DNA of 64,000 nt, taken from assembly GCA_013239625.1 (NCBI GenBank), contig MU053652.1:7835027-7899026 (forward strand). The letters are read 5' to 3'. The position numbers and the translations under genes were made by a program. The notes beneath the pieces were generated by a model. It did not search any database. It saw only the letters and a list, made by a program, of their open reading frames with translations, and was not told where the DNA came from. Of the stretch, positions 40,401 through 52,845 are shown piece after piece; within the stretch, counting starts at the first letter, position 1; each line of letters starts with the position of its first letter. Source of the stretch: Lama guanicoe. Lineage: Eukaryota.

Positions 40401-40648
40401 ACTTAAGTTGCAGGGAACCCCTGTAAATGCTAAACTGGTAGGAATCATCATCTAAAAACTCTAAGTAAACATTGAATTGTCACACTTTCAGAATTGGCTT
40501 GACATTTGAAGAAAGATGTAGCTTTAATAATAGAATAATGTTCTATTGTTAAGAGAAAATAGCTTCCTAAAACATTTTTTTCCTAAACTTTACAGAATCA
40601 TTCAGCTAAATTTCCATTTTTTAATGTGTGACTGTATTTTTTTCTTAC

Positions 40649-41569
40649 CTGTGACAGAGCTTCAATACTATGCAAATAAAATGGTCTGGAAAAAATAAAA
40701 ACTGGCAAAACATAGTCATGTCTAGCCATGTCAGCAATTCTCATGGCTTCTCTAATTCGATAATGAACAAATTTCAAAGCATTTAAACTTGACTTCAATA
40801 TTTTATCCAAATATATTGAAGTATAAAGAGCTGTGCTTTTTCCCCATAGCCACTGGAGTTGGTCATTGCGGAAAATTTCATCACTCGGGCATTTACCTGT
40901 GTAGGTCTGTGGATTTATCCTATAATCATAATTGTAGCAGTCTGGATAGAGATAAAAGCCCCATAAACATTTTGGTCTCATTTCTAAAGCCAGTGTGAGG
41001 GTAGCATTCATAATACTCCTCCCAGCATTTTCAAATTCCTCTTGGGCAACTGTTCTTACTTTCATTGCTGACCAGTCAGGATGGTGGCTTCTAGTAAAGG
41101 CTAACGAGTAGTTTTTATATATTGTTCTGGCCCCCCAGTTTCTGTCCCATTGCGGCTTCCAGCTTTCCCAGTCAAGGACAACGAGACCTTCAGACCTCCA
41201 CCAAGGGACAGCCTTGGCAATGTCATCAGCGGTCTTCCGTAGGTGTTTGGAAAGGCTCATATTCTGTGGTATCCCTCCATTAAAGGGTTTCCCATCTCGA
41301 GAGAAATAAGGATAGTACCCTAATTCATTGGGGTAAAGAATGGCAATTGTTGATCCACTCTGAGTCTCCAAAGGGTTGGATATAATATTAAATAAGTGAA
41401 GGTTCAGATCCACACGGAAGAAGTGCTGACACTGCATTGTTGGGGCAGCCCAGAAAATGTTGAAAGGTTGTCTCTTGATCACCGGAGGCATTGCTGGCTT
41501 GAGGGCCGAATGAGTGAACACCGTGGAGAGCAGCAGCAGTCCGAACTGTGCCGCCCACGGGTTACTCAT
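40649..41569 (-). CDS. HYAL6: Hyaluronidase-6 / HYALP1 orthologue, coding exon 1 (307 codons)
   Basis: Signal-peptide-like N-terminus, PFNIFWAAPT, GGIPQN, VLDWESWKPQWDRNW (D133/E135), FYLYPDCYNYDY. Acceptor tcttatttttaag| at 41600; donor CAG|GTAAGA after 40649. Position upstream of HYAL4 on the same strand matches known synteny. Confidence 0.92.
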
Positions 41570-41762
41570 GGCTTGTAGTCTTCACCATTACAGCCGACTC
41601 CTTAAAAATAAGAAGAGGGAAAACAAGTAGACATGATGCAGTCAAACGTCCCTTCAGTGTTAGGGTACACGGTGGATAGCAGATCAAGTAAACTCATGGG
41701 AGTGTCTAAGCTGTTAAGTGGTACAACAAAGGATTTCTGAGATTTATTGATATCTTGGCCTA

Positions 41763-41824
41763 ATTTTGGGGTGGGAGGAGGTAATTCGGTTTATCGATTT
41801 ATTGATTTATTTAATGAAGGTACT
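41763..41824 (-). mobile_element. Truncated SINE 3' remnant
   Basis: Resembles the tail of the SINE at 20795 (aaataa...aacctaattacct...ccccaaaa) in reverse. Confidence 0.45.
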
Positions 41825-43535
41825 TAAGCTTAACTTATACTTTTATCTGAACAGGAAAGAAAAATGAACTTTTTTTAAAAAACTGGAAAAGTGGGAGAAG
41901 AAATCCTGTGAATAAAACCTGCATCTATGCAAACTCCTACCTACTAGCTCTTCTGGTTTTAATTTCCTGTAATTCCAACTATATTGACTTAAACCACCCT
42001 GTACTGACAAACCTTGGGTTTTAAGGGGAGCTAGGAAAAAAATAGCTCCTAATCCATTATTAGACAAGTGACCCAAAACAGGTCCTGCTGAAAATTAACA
42101 AATATTGGCATTTTAACCAATATTAAATCGAACAAAAAGAAATGTCAAATGGTACCAATATTAAGTAATAGCTTGCTTGCTTGCTGTTTGAAGTGCACTG
42201 GCTTCAAAAGTTTGTTCATTTGTTGGTTGGTTTGTTTATAAAGGACAGCAGTTATCCTTGGAAATAGCACAGGTTAAAATAGAAAACAGACAGAAATGGC
42301 ACTTACATATGGTAGATTATGGATTTTGGTGCTTTCATCTTTTCTCAGGTATATAAATAAGCCTAAAAACCTATAAGTTGTTTAGCTTCTTGGTCTTCCC
42401 GTGAAGAAACTGGACTGTATTTTCACCAGTCAGTTCCCTTGGCCAAGTCCCTTCTAAATAGTCAGTTGAGTCAAAAACTGCCAAAGAATCTTCCTAGACG
42501 AGGGCTGTCTAATGGTGCATTCCAGCCAATGAGATCTCAGCATGAAAGCAGGATGGTTGAAGTTACGAATCAAAATTATTTCATCATGTAAATATTCTTT
42601 TTAAATAAAGGAATCACAAATTTTTCTCTGATGCAATTAAACTCGGTGTCTTTTTAAGAGTCAAACATTACTTTTTGGGGGGTAGTAGCTCTTGCTGAAT
42701 TTATCTAATATATTAAATGTAGGAAAAGACCAAAATTTCATTTTAACTCTTGCAACATGCCACCCCAAGTTTATGAAGAATCTTGAGTAAGTCATATGCT
42801 CTCTGTAGGCTGAATTTTTATCAACAGCTGTGAATGATAATATACTCTTTTAAATAAAGTGGGTATTATTGATACAATTGACTTTATGAGGATTTTGTAT
42901 TATGGCACCAGATGAATCTCTAAGTCACCAGAAAGACTCCCCTTCCTTTATTTCCTCAACCACCAGATCTTAGGGTAACCCTCCACCAAAAAAAATTAAC
43001 AGTAAACCTTTTTTTTATGTCACTGTCTAGCATTCAGGGAAAATGTAAAAGCACCTATTATATATAAATATTACTCTTAACAGCCTTCTTCTCATGACAG
43101 CATGTACGGTGTATGTGGGTGTATATGCTTAATAAACTGTGACACGAAAAAAACTGTCAAATGTCATGTCACATTAAACTTTTGAGAGATAAAGGTACTA
43201 AAAAGCCAAAATATTGTGCTTTAATAAAATCCAATTACGAGCTTACTTTTCTAAAGGATTTTAATCATGTTTTCTAAATATATATAAAAGTTACAAAGTT
43301 ACACCCTCTATCTTTTTCACTAGCCTATGGAAAACTTATTACTTTAGCGTTAGCTTGGTCCTCAGTATGCATTTTATAACAAGCTTCTACTACAGTAACA
43401 AAATTATGCATTATGAATTGTTTGAATTTTTAAATATTATTATTTACCCATGATGCTTATGGAGATTTTATTTTATTTTCTAGCCATTTTTATTATTGAG
43501 GATATAACACTAGATTAAAATTTTCTGACTCATTT

Positions 43536-43551
43536 TATATATATATGTGTG

Positions 43552-43592
<41 letters not shown>

Positions 43593-43600
43593 TTTTTTTT
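43536..43600. repeat. Compound (TA)n/(CA)n/poly-T microsatellite
   Basis: Read directly from the sequence. Confidence 0.9.
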
Positions 43601-43699
43601 CCCCAACAAATCTTTATTGAGCATCAGATAAGTTTCAGGCAGAGAGCTAGGTCTAGTGATGCAATGGTAAAACCAACATTGCAAAGAGTTATAGATACT

Positions 43700-45000
43700 T
43701 AAATGGGGGATGCAAAACCATAAATCTCCCAGAAGATAACACAGAGAAAATCTAGATAATCTTGGGCATGACCATGACTTTTTAGATACACCAAAGACAC
43801 GATCTCTGAAAAATAGATTTGATAAGCTGGACTTCGAGAAAATTCAAATCCTCTGCTCTATGAAAGATACTATCAAGAGAATGAGAAGACAAGCCAAAGA
43901 CTGGGAGAGAATATTTGCAAAAGACACATATGATAAAGGATTTTTATCCAAAACCTACCAAAACTGTTAAAATTCAATGATAAGAAATTGAACAACCCAA
44001 TTAAAAAATGGGCAAAAGCTCTGAACAGACACCTCTCCAAAGAAGATATACAGATGACAGCTAAGCATATAAAAAGGTGCTCAACATCATATGTCATCAG
44101 GGAAATGCAAATGAAAACAATAGTGAGATACCACTATACATCTATTAGAATGGCCCAAATCTGGGACACTTGCAGCACCAAATGCTGGGGAGAATGTGAA
44201 GCAATAGAAACTCTCATTCATTGCTGGTGGAAATGCAAAATGGGACAGCTACTTTGGAAGACAGTTTGGCAGTTTCTTGCAAAACTAAACATACTCTTAC
44301 AATACAATACAGAATTTATGATTAGCAGTATTTACCCAGTATTAACCCAAATTACTTAAAAACATATGTCCACACAAAATCCTGCACAAAGGATGTTTAT
44401 AGCAGCTATATTCATAATTGCCAAAAGTTGGAAGCCACCAAGATGCCCTTCAGTAGGTAAATAAATGAATAAAATATGGTACATTCAGGCAATGGAATTA
44501 TTCAGCCTTAAAAAAGAAATGAGCTATCAAGCCATAAAAAGGCATGGAAGAAACTTAAGTGCATATTACTAAGTGAAAGAAACCAATTTGAAAAGTATTC
44601 CAAGTATATAACATTCTGGAAAAGGTAATGGAGACAGTAAAAAGACAGCAGTTTTCAAGAGTTAGGAAGGAGGAAGGGATAAGCAAGAAGAGCACAGAGG
44701 ATTTTTAGGGCAGTGTAACTACTGTATGTGATACTATAAAAGTGAATTCGTGTCATTGTGCATTTTTCAAAACCCATGCAATGTACAACATCAAGAGTTA
44801 ACTCTAACGAGAACTATAGACTTTGGGTGATAATGATGAGTCACTCTGAGTTCATCGATTGTAACCCATGTACCATTCTGATGTGGGATATTAATAGTAG
44901 GGGAGACTGCATGTGTGGAGGCAGCGGGGTATATGAAAACTGTGCTTTCTGCTCAATTTTGCTGTGAACTTAAAACTTCTTTTAAAAAAAGTCTATTTAA
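43700..45000 (+). mobile_element. Older LINE-1 (L1M-type) ORF2 end and 3'UTR
   Basis: Peptide [22 protein letters not shown]...HCWWKCK...LWKTVWQFL followed by an L1M-like 3'UTR. Confidence 0.88.
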
Positions 45001-47049
45001 ATGGAGGGAAAGTTATAGATACAATTGTATTCATGGGAGCTAGATTTGCAATAGAGAAAAGCTAGAAACAGCAAACACACGTGATCAATAAGGACTTTGT
45101 TAAATGTATTATGAAATATCTTATGTAGTTCCATCAAATAGTATGAAATATTTTTTCCCAGTTTCTCATTGTCTTTCTAATTTTTCTCTTGTTTTGCCAC
45201 GAAAACCTTAACAAGACAAAAGTCAGCTTTAAAGATGCCTATGGAGTAAACATTCCCTGCTTCTCCCTAAGCCACTCACATCCCCTCTTTCACCCTGAAG
45301 GATCCAGCAGCAGCCTAGTATTTGGGAGAAAGACACTGGAAAGAAGCAAAACACACTTCCCTTCTCTCATGGCAGATATGTTCCCAACGAACTTAAGCCA
45401 AAGGAAAAAGAAAAAAAAACTAAACTTGGAATTTAACTTTATAAACTTAACTAGTGACCTGAGTGCCAAAACATGGCCATTATAACTAGGGAATCCATGG
45501 ATGATGCAACTTTGAGGGGTTTGGTCTGATATTCAGTTTAATCTGATGGCATGTACTTCAGTAAGTCAGGGTTGTCCAGTAAGTAGCGAATGGAAGGGCA
45601 ATGGTCCCAAACAGCAATGAGGAGACACCTGTTCCTTCCCTGTCCAATAGGAGCTGACAGGTGAGAGAGAAAATAACCATCAATTAACAACACTGCAGGG
45701 GGAAAGGTCCTGGAGATGGATGGTGGAGATAATTGCACAAAAATGCAATTGTACTTAATGCCACTGAGCTCTACATTTAAAAATTGTCAAAATGGTAATT
45801 TATGTTGGGTTATTTTACCATAATTAAAAAATAAATTTATAAAGAGGGCTGCAGGGGAAACAGAGGACAGCCAGTTTTCTGTTACAGCAGGAAAGTAAAG
45901 AGACCATTCAGAAAAGAGGTGTATGATCTAGGGGATTTTGTTGAAGGCAGATTTTAAATGACAGAAGACATAGTGGCCAGGTAGGCCAGGTCGGCCAGGT
46001 CAGGGAGTGATGTGAATCTGGCTCCATGAGAGTGTCTAGAGAGGAAAACACAAGTGATAAAAATAACCTGGGAGTTTGGACTTTATGTGCTTAAGGCAGG
46101 ACGGAATGCGTTCTGATGGAGTCTTCACGGGAGGTAAACAATCTGTTCCAATTATAGCTTGTTTGTCCTTGGTATCTCAGATATTTTGTGGTGGGAAGTA
46201 TTGGGGAGAGAATGTCAATAGCATTCAGAGTTCTGTGGGCCTCACTTTCAGTTCTGCCAAAGACAGTGTCAAACGTGAGAAAGATGTGGTTTTACCCAGG
46301 TTTTTGTTATACGTGTTCTTCAACTGAAATGTGAACCAATTAAGATGGTTCTAAAAATACATGTGTGTATGTGCTGGCATAGCTCCAAATTCATATGTCG
46401 TGGAGATTTCATTCATTCTTTCCAATCAATGACGGTAAATCTTGTGATGTCTCCCAGAGAGAGATATTTTTCACATATGATGAAATCAACAACCACTAAG
46501 TTCAATATAAGAACACATTATCAACTTAGGATCCAGTAAAAAAAAAAATCTCTCTGGGGTTTACAACAAGTTTAAACCAACAAAGGTTTATAATTACATC
46601 ATAGAGCCTCTTAAAATGTGCTATGGGACATTCCAGGCATAAATGACATTTTCTCTCAAGGCAAGTCTTGTTTGTGTGAAAGTTGGAGCCCCATAGAAGG
46701 CATACAACATCAACAGATTTTTATTTACCCATAGGTTATTTATGGTTTTGATTTTCTCAGAGAGAGTAATAGTTTTCTAAAAAGAAAAACGAATGAAATA
46801 ATGATTAAAGCAGCTTAGACTCAATAGAGCACTTGTTCACATTCACCCATATTTCCAATTTCTAATAAAATAACGTCAGGTCAAATTCAAATTATTTATA
46901 TTTCCTACCAAAAAATAATAATAAAGAGGTAAAAAAAATTCTGTAAGAAGCTTATGACGGTGCAGACTTAGATTTTGGTTTGCTTACGTACATAGATTGC
47001 CACTGCATCAGTCCAATGGCCTCTTTGTTTAATTAATTTAGCAACATTA

Positions 47050-47421
47050 ATATTATTTCCTCCAAAAGGTCCAGGAGCACGGATGACTGCAGAACAACCA
47101 TTGGATCAACTGAAGGACTTCCTAGGGACTGGCTGGTCCCTTCCATTTCCCTAAATACCAGGAGCACATGGCTGGGGCTTTTACATGAAGCACGCTCTCT
47201 AAAGAATGGTGGAACTGAAAGAGCCAACCCTCAAATCACATGGTTGGTTTTCCTGTCAACCGATCCCCAAACCTAGGCTCCATCCGAGAGTCACCTCATT
47301 AACATAACAAAAGACATCTTTATTACTCCCACTGCAGGAAATTTCAAGAGTTTTAGGAGCTCCATGACAGATATGGGAGGAAAATCAAATATATATTTCT
47401 TACTATAACTCACAATACACA
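47050..47421. mobile_element. LTR relic (MER21-like)
   Basis: gagtcacctcattaacataac...aggaaatttcaagagttttaggagctc...caaatatatatttcttactata. Confidence 0.5.
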
Positions 47422-47424
47422 TTT

Positions 47425-47900
47425 TGGACTGCAATGTCTTCCTGGTTCATTGTTCCTTTTATGTTATATAAAATCCATCTCTGTCCTTTATAATACTCTT
47501 TGTCAGGAAGTCCACCTTGATTTTAAATTAGCTATTCTAGCTTCCCTATGCTTACTGTTTTCATAGTATACCCTTTCCCATCCTTTTACTTCCAACCTAT
47601 CTGTGTCCTTTCATTTAAATTGTTTCTTTTATAGGCAGCACGTAGTTGAGCCTTGCTGTTTTAATCCAGTCTGACAATTTCTGCTTTTTAACTGGTATGT
47701 TTAGTCCATTTGTATATGATGTAATTGTTCGTATAGTTGATTTTGAGTCTTTGACATTTCTACTTATTTCACTTTATATTTTCTCTTTTTTGTTCATCTG
47801 TTGTGCCTTTCTTTCCGTCTCTTGAGTTGATTGAATATTTTTTTTGTTGTTCCACTTTATTTTATCTACTGGCTTCTTAGTTATACCTCTTTTTATTATG
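47425..47900 (-). mobile_element. Old L1 ORF2-region fragment
   Basis: ccatccttttacttccaacctatctgtgtc...ataggcagca...atccagtctgacaat, characteristic of antisense L1. Confidence 0.7.
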
Positions 47901-48049
47901 CTGCTAGGAAAACCCACCCTCACCTCTGGAAGTGAGAATAGCTTACATTTATAATCTGTGAAATTATTATGTTTGAGGGGAAAACATTTTAATGTCTCAT
48001 AAGAGTCTGCTGATATAAAGAGATCAATAATGTCTTAGCTATAGCCAAG

Positions 48050-48405
48050 TGTCTTACTGAGTTCAGGCTGCTACAACAAAGCCTCATAGACTGGGTTGCT
48101 TGCAAACAACAGAAACATATTTCCCACAGTGATGGCAGCTGGAAGTCCAAGATCAGAATGCCAGCATGGTTGGGTTCATTGAGGTCCAGGGTTGTAGACT
48201 GCCATTGTCTCATATCCTCATGTGGCAAAAAGAGGGTGTGAAAACTGTCTGGAGTCCCTTTTATTAAAGCACTCATCCCATTCATGAAGGCGCCATCCTC
48301 ATGACTTGATTACCTCCCAAAGGCCCTACCTTCTAATATCATCACAGTGGGGGTTAGGATTTCAGTATGTGAAGTGTGGGGGCATACATATATTCAGTCC
48401 ATCAC
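48050..48405 (-). mobile_element. MaLR (MLT1-like) solo LTR
   Basis: Same motif series as the 1625 element, ending attcagtccatcac. Confidence 0.8.
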
Positions 48406-51400
48406 GCCAAGGTTCATAGAGATCCTAACACTCGGATTTAACAAATGTGATGGTTTACCACATTCACGGCTGTGCCTGATGCTAAAGGAAGATATCAAAG
48501 TCCCCTCCGCCCAAGAGGCCCAAAGTCTAATGTGTGTGGATGGTTGTCTATGCATGTGTGTAGCTACACGTACGAATGTGTGTGTGCATAGAATGGGGAC
48601 AGGGGAAATGGGGGACATATACATCCTAGTTAAAATACCAGGCAGAATAGCAAGAGCACTAATTTTTTCTCTTTTTTGAAAATAGCTGTTTTATTATAAA
48701 ATGAATGATCATTGCATTAAATACAGAAAAATAAAAGAAAAATTAAGATGAATTGTATTCTCATAACCTCAAAGATGTTTTCTCCGCAAAAAGGATGTTT
48801 CTGTAAGAAATTCTTACAGGAATTTCTCTACATGAAAATCCATGTTTTTACACATCAGAGCAGAGACTCTATTGCCCCTGAGTGTAGCATCAGGCAGTCC
48901 AGACCCCAAGGCTCCCTGTGAGCTCCTGGTGGAGCAGACGCTTATCATCAGAGAATGTTCAGGGACACTGGAACAGGAGTCCAAATGTATTTTCTGATCT
49001 CCATGTGTCCAGGACGGTGGGAGAAGGCATGAATCTTCCCTGTAGATAGGTTTCTAATTTGTAAGATCTGTGAGATGAATTCAGGCTCCCTGAAAGAAAC
49101 GGCTGGAGGTGGATACGGGACGAGTATTCTGGAAGGGTAGGTGGATTGAGCTCCTGCATCCAAAGTTTGGAGAGAACAGGTGACAAGCACAGTGTAAGGC
49201 CAGGCTTGATCATCTTCTGATCCCTCTTTGGCTCCTCCCTTCAAGAACTTGCATGATCTGGATAAAAGGGAATGGTGATATAGAAGAAAGCACTGTGATT
49301 CCTACCGCTACAGGGACCTATAATTTCCCCACAGAATTGAAAGCTTTTCTGCTATCTGGGGAGAGATAAGAGGGTCAGTATGCAGTGGAATGGAGTGGAT
49401 TGGTAGCCACACAGAGAAGGGCTGGGACAAACCCCTTGAGCAAACTGTGATAATGAGTCATAAAGTCAAAACAAAGAACATTTGAGCAGAAAGAATGCAA
49501 AGTTCTGATTAAACCAGAATCTTCCTTCTCCCTTCCTCTAGGACTCCTCAAGGTAAAAATTAGATGGGGCAATCAGTGAAATATTGAATATCTACATGAG
49601 GGGTTTCAGAGCACTGGAGTTTGTGTATTGTTACACACGTGAGACATTTATCCTCGATGGTGGGTGAAGTCAGGAAAAATATGTGAATAACCCTACTCAT
49701 CACACATTTCTTGAGAAAAAAAGTGTCATGTCATCTATGCCATTTACTACTGTGCTTTATTCACACCAGGTGGGTGGTGGCTTGTGACAATAATCAGCTT
49801 CGTTATAGATGGGGAAAAGCTACATTTTCTTAACATATATATAGTGTAGTAGGAGTCAGTTCTGAACCACAGTTTAAGGACATATAAATAACCTACAAAT
49901 TATATGGAGTTGAATCCTTTCCATAATTTAGACATACCCAGAGTACCGTCTGAGTTCAAAACATGAAGACATCAAAGGTGGTTAAGAAAATCTGGATAAA
50001 CTTCGAGCTGAAAGTGTTATTTAAGGCTTGAAGTTAAGCAGAATTTGAACAGACTGGAATTGCAGAGGAATTCCAGATGGAGGAAATACCAAAAGGAAAG
50101 ACACAGAGGAAGAAAGACAAAGGGTCTGTACAAATGGCACTAGATCCTGCTTTTGGGGATGTGGATATCTCAAGATGGAGAATTCTAGCAGGCAGTTAGG
50201 AATTTTTCTACAAGCTTAGAACTGGGAATCTTCCACGTGGAGGAGGTGGTTGACACGAAGGAGGCAAAATATCTACAGAGAAAAGATGAGACCAGAAGGT
50301 TTTGAGGATCACCTCAAAATTGAAGAAGGAGAGAAAATATCCAATAACAGAAAGAAAAATCAGAAGTCATGAGAGAATTGGGAGGACAGGACAGGACAGT
50401 GTGCCCCAGGATAAGGGACCACAAGCACTGAAAGAAGGCAAAGAGCTGTGGAGGATGAGAACCAAGAACAGACAACTTGCTGGGGCAATTAGATGCTGAC
50501 AGTGATCTTCACTGTAGCACTTTCAAAATAGCGATGGGTTTTATGAGTACATCAACTTAGTGAAGGCAGCCTCTTCCTTAGACTCAAATGCATGTGAGTC
50601 TGTGTCCTCTTGATGTCTCTCCCTAGAGACCCTTCAGCCAGAGTGAAGAGGAGATTCCTTTTCAAGAAAAGATGCCTGGGTGACGCAGACCTCTCGGCTT
50701 TGATATACTCAAGCAAATTTACTCCTGAAGAGCTGAAAGAACAAACTGACACTAGATTTAGAGTCATAGTAAATAACCAGGTGTGTGGAGCTGAAAATCT
50801 TTTAGTCCTGAAATACTAGCAGAGCCAGTTTTGACAGATTTAAGAGCTAGGCATAATGATGGCTGAAACAACAGTATATGACTGTAGATGTTTCATAACC
50901 TGAAAGATATATTTTATTGGGAATGGTACTGCATCTTTCCTTTTTATTTGCTAAGCCATCTTAGCTTTTCAAGCAGTTTGAAAACAGGCATTTGTGAATA
51001 TTTAGCTTTAGTATCTTTTGTTTCTGTCTTTAAAATTAAAGATTCAGTAGCATGGAAAGATCTGTAGGATGATCCAAAGTGACACATACTCAAGCTGCAC
51101 TCTTCTGTAGGGAAGTATTTAAAAGATGGCAAAAACAAAACAAGAACCTCCCAACTTGGGCTCCACAATTTCAGTTAGATTTTAATTTTTAGACTAACAG
51201 TAAGTGTAGCTCAAGAATACACAAAATAAGTAGATTGAACTTGATTTATTATTTCATAAAAGCCCCATTAGTGGATACAAAAAGGCAAGAACTAAATTTA
51301 AATTTTGTTAAACAGAGAATTCTCACAAACAGAGGAGGCATCTTTTGATGATATGTAAAAATGAGAAGAATGCTCTCCTTTAAAAAGAACTTTTACCTGA

Positions 51401-51807
51401 AGATTATGAAAAGATTTACAGTAGAAGGAGCTGGAGTGAAGAGAGGGATATTTTTAATTCTCCAAAATTCCATATGGACATTTAAAATTAGAATTATCAA
51501 GCAAAAAATATCATTTTATATAATATCAGAAACTTCTGTAACAAGCATCTGGGGAAATCTTTATTTTTGGAAGTATCAAGTATTACATTGGTTGCTTTGG
51601 CAGTGGTTATACTTGGAGATTACATGCTCAATTTCTTCTCCCAAACTCATCAATCAGCAAAGTCACTCCTCCTCGTCTGGGGAAGGGTAAGAGAAGAGGC
51701 AGAGAAAAGATAAAAGTATTTCTTCCATACTATTCTGGAAATTTCTTTCCTTTCAGGACACAAAAACCATGGGAAAAAAAAAAAATGTGTTCCTCTAATA
51801 CACGTCT

Positions 51808-51938
51808 ATAGGGTGACCAGACATTTTGGTGCGCTGGGGACAGGCACAATTACACCCATTGTCCCGGGGTGATATTAGCACACCTTTTAATTATCAAAAC
51901 TGTTCCAATTTGGACAATAAATTATACATGCACCTTAT
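51808..51938. mobile_element. MER96-like hAT MITE
   Basis: Termini tagggtgaccaga / tttggacaataaattatacatgcacctta. Confidence 0.55.
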
Positions 51939-51981
51939 ACATGGAGCAGCTGCTCTCTGTAGACCCAGGAGAAGTATAAAA

Positions 51982-52482
51982 CAGATCTTTCTCAACTTAC
52001 AATGGGATTAAGTCTCAATAAACCCGTTATAAACTGAAAATGTTGTTAAGTTGAAAATGCATTTAATATGCGTAACCTGCCGAACATCATAGCTTAGTGC
52101 AGCCTACCTTGAATGGGCTCAGAACACCTACATTAGCCTACAGCTGGGCAAAATCATCTGACACAAAGCCTATTTTATAATAAATGTTGACTGTCTCATG
52201 TAACTTATTCAATACTGTAAGGAAGAGGGAAAATAGAATGGTTGTATGGGTACAGGATGGTTGTAATATGGGTTGTTTATCCTTGCAATTGTGTAGCTGA
52301 CTGGGAGCTGAGGCACTGCCACCACCCAGCATCACAAAAGAGTATCTCAGAGTGTGTCGCTAGCCTGGGAAAAGATCAAAATTCAAAATGTGAAGTAGCT
52401 TCCACTGGCTGATGAATATTGCTTTTGCATCATTGTATAAGGCTGAAAAATCATGGGTTGAACCATCGTAAGTCAGGAACTG
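51982..52482. mobile_element. Tigger3/MER7-like DNA transposon
   Basis: Imperfect terminal inverted repeats cagatctttctcaacttacaatgg / ccatcgtaagtcaggaactg; internal cgaacatcatagcttag...cctacagctgggcaaaatcatct. Confidence 0.75.
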
Positions 52483-52487
52483 TTTGA

Positions 52488-52845
52488 ACAGATTGGTGGT
52501 TGCCAGATTTGAGGGGGGTGGCGAGGGAGGGGGAGAAATGCCTGAAGGGAGTCAGAAGGTACAAGCTTCCAGTTAGAAAACAAGTCATGGGGGTGTAATG
52601 TGCAGCACAGCGACCATAGTCAGCAATACTGTACTGCAGATTTGAAAGTTGGTAAGAGAGTAAGTCTTTCAAGTTCCCATCCCAAGGAAAAAGATATGTA
52701 ACTATGTATAGGTGACAGATGTTAATTAGACTTGTGGTCGAGATCATTTGGCAATATAGTCAAATTCTGAATCATTATGTTGTACACCTGAAATTAATGT
52801 AATGTTGTACATCAGTTATACCTCAATTTTAAAAAGTTTAAAAAA
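52488..52845 (+). mobile_element. L1 3'UTR fragment
   Basis: aggtacaagcttccagtta...tgttgtacacctgaaattaatgtaatgttgtacatcagttatacctcaat followed by an A-rich end. Confidence 0.8.
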
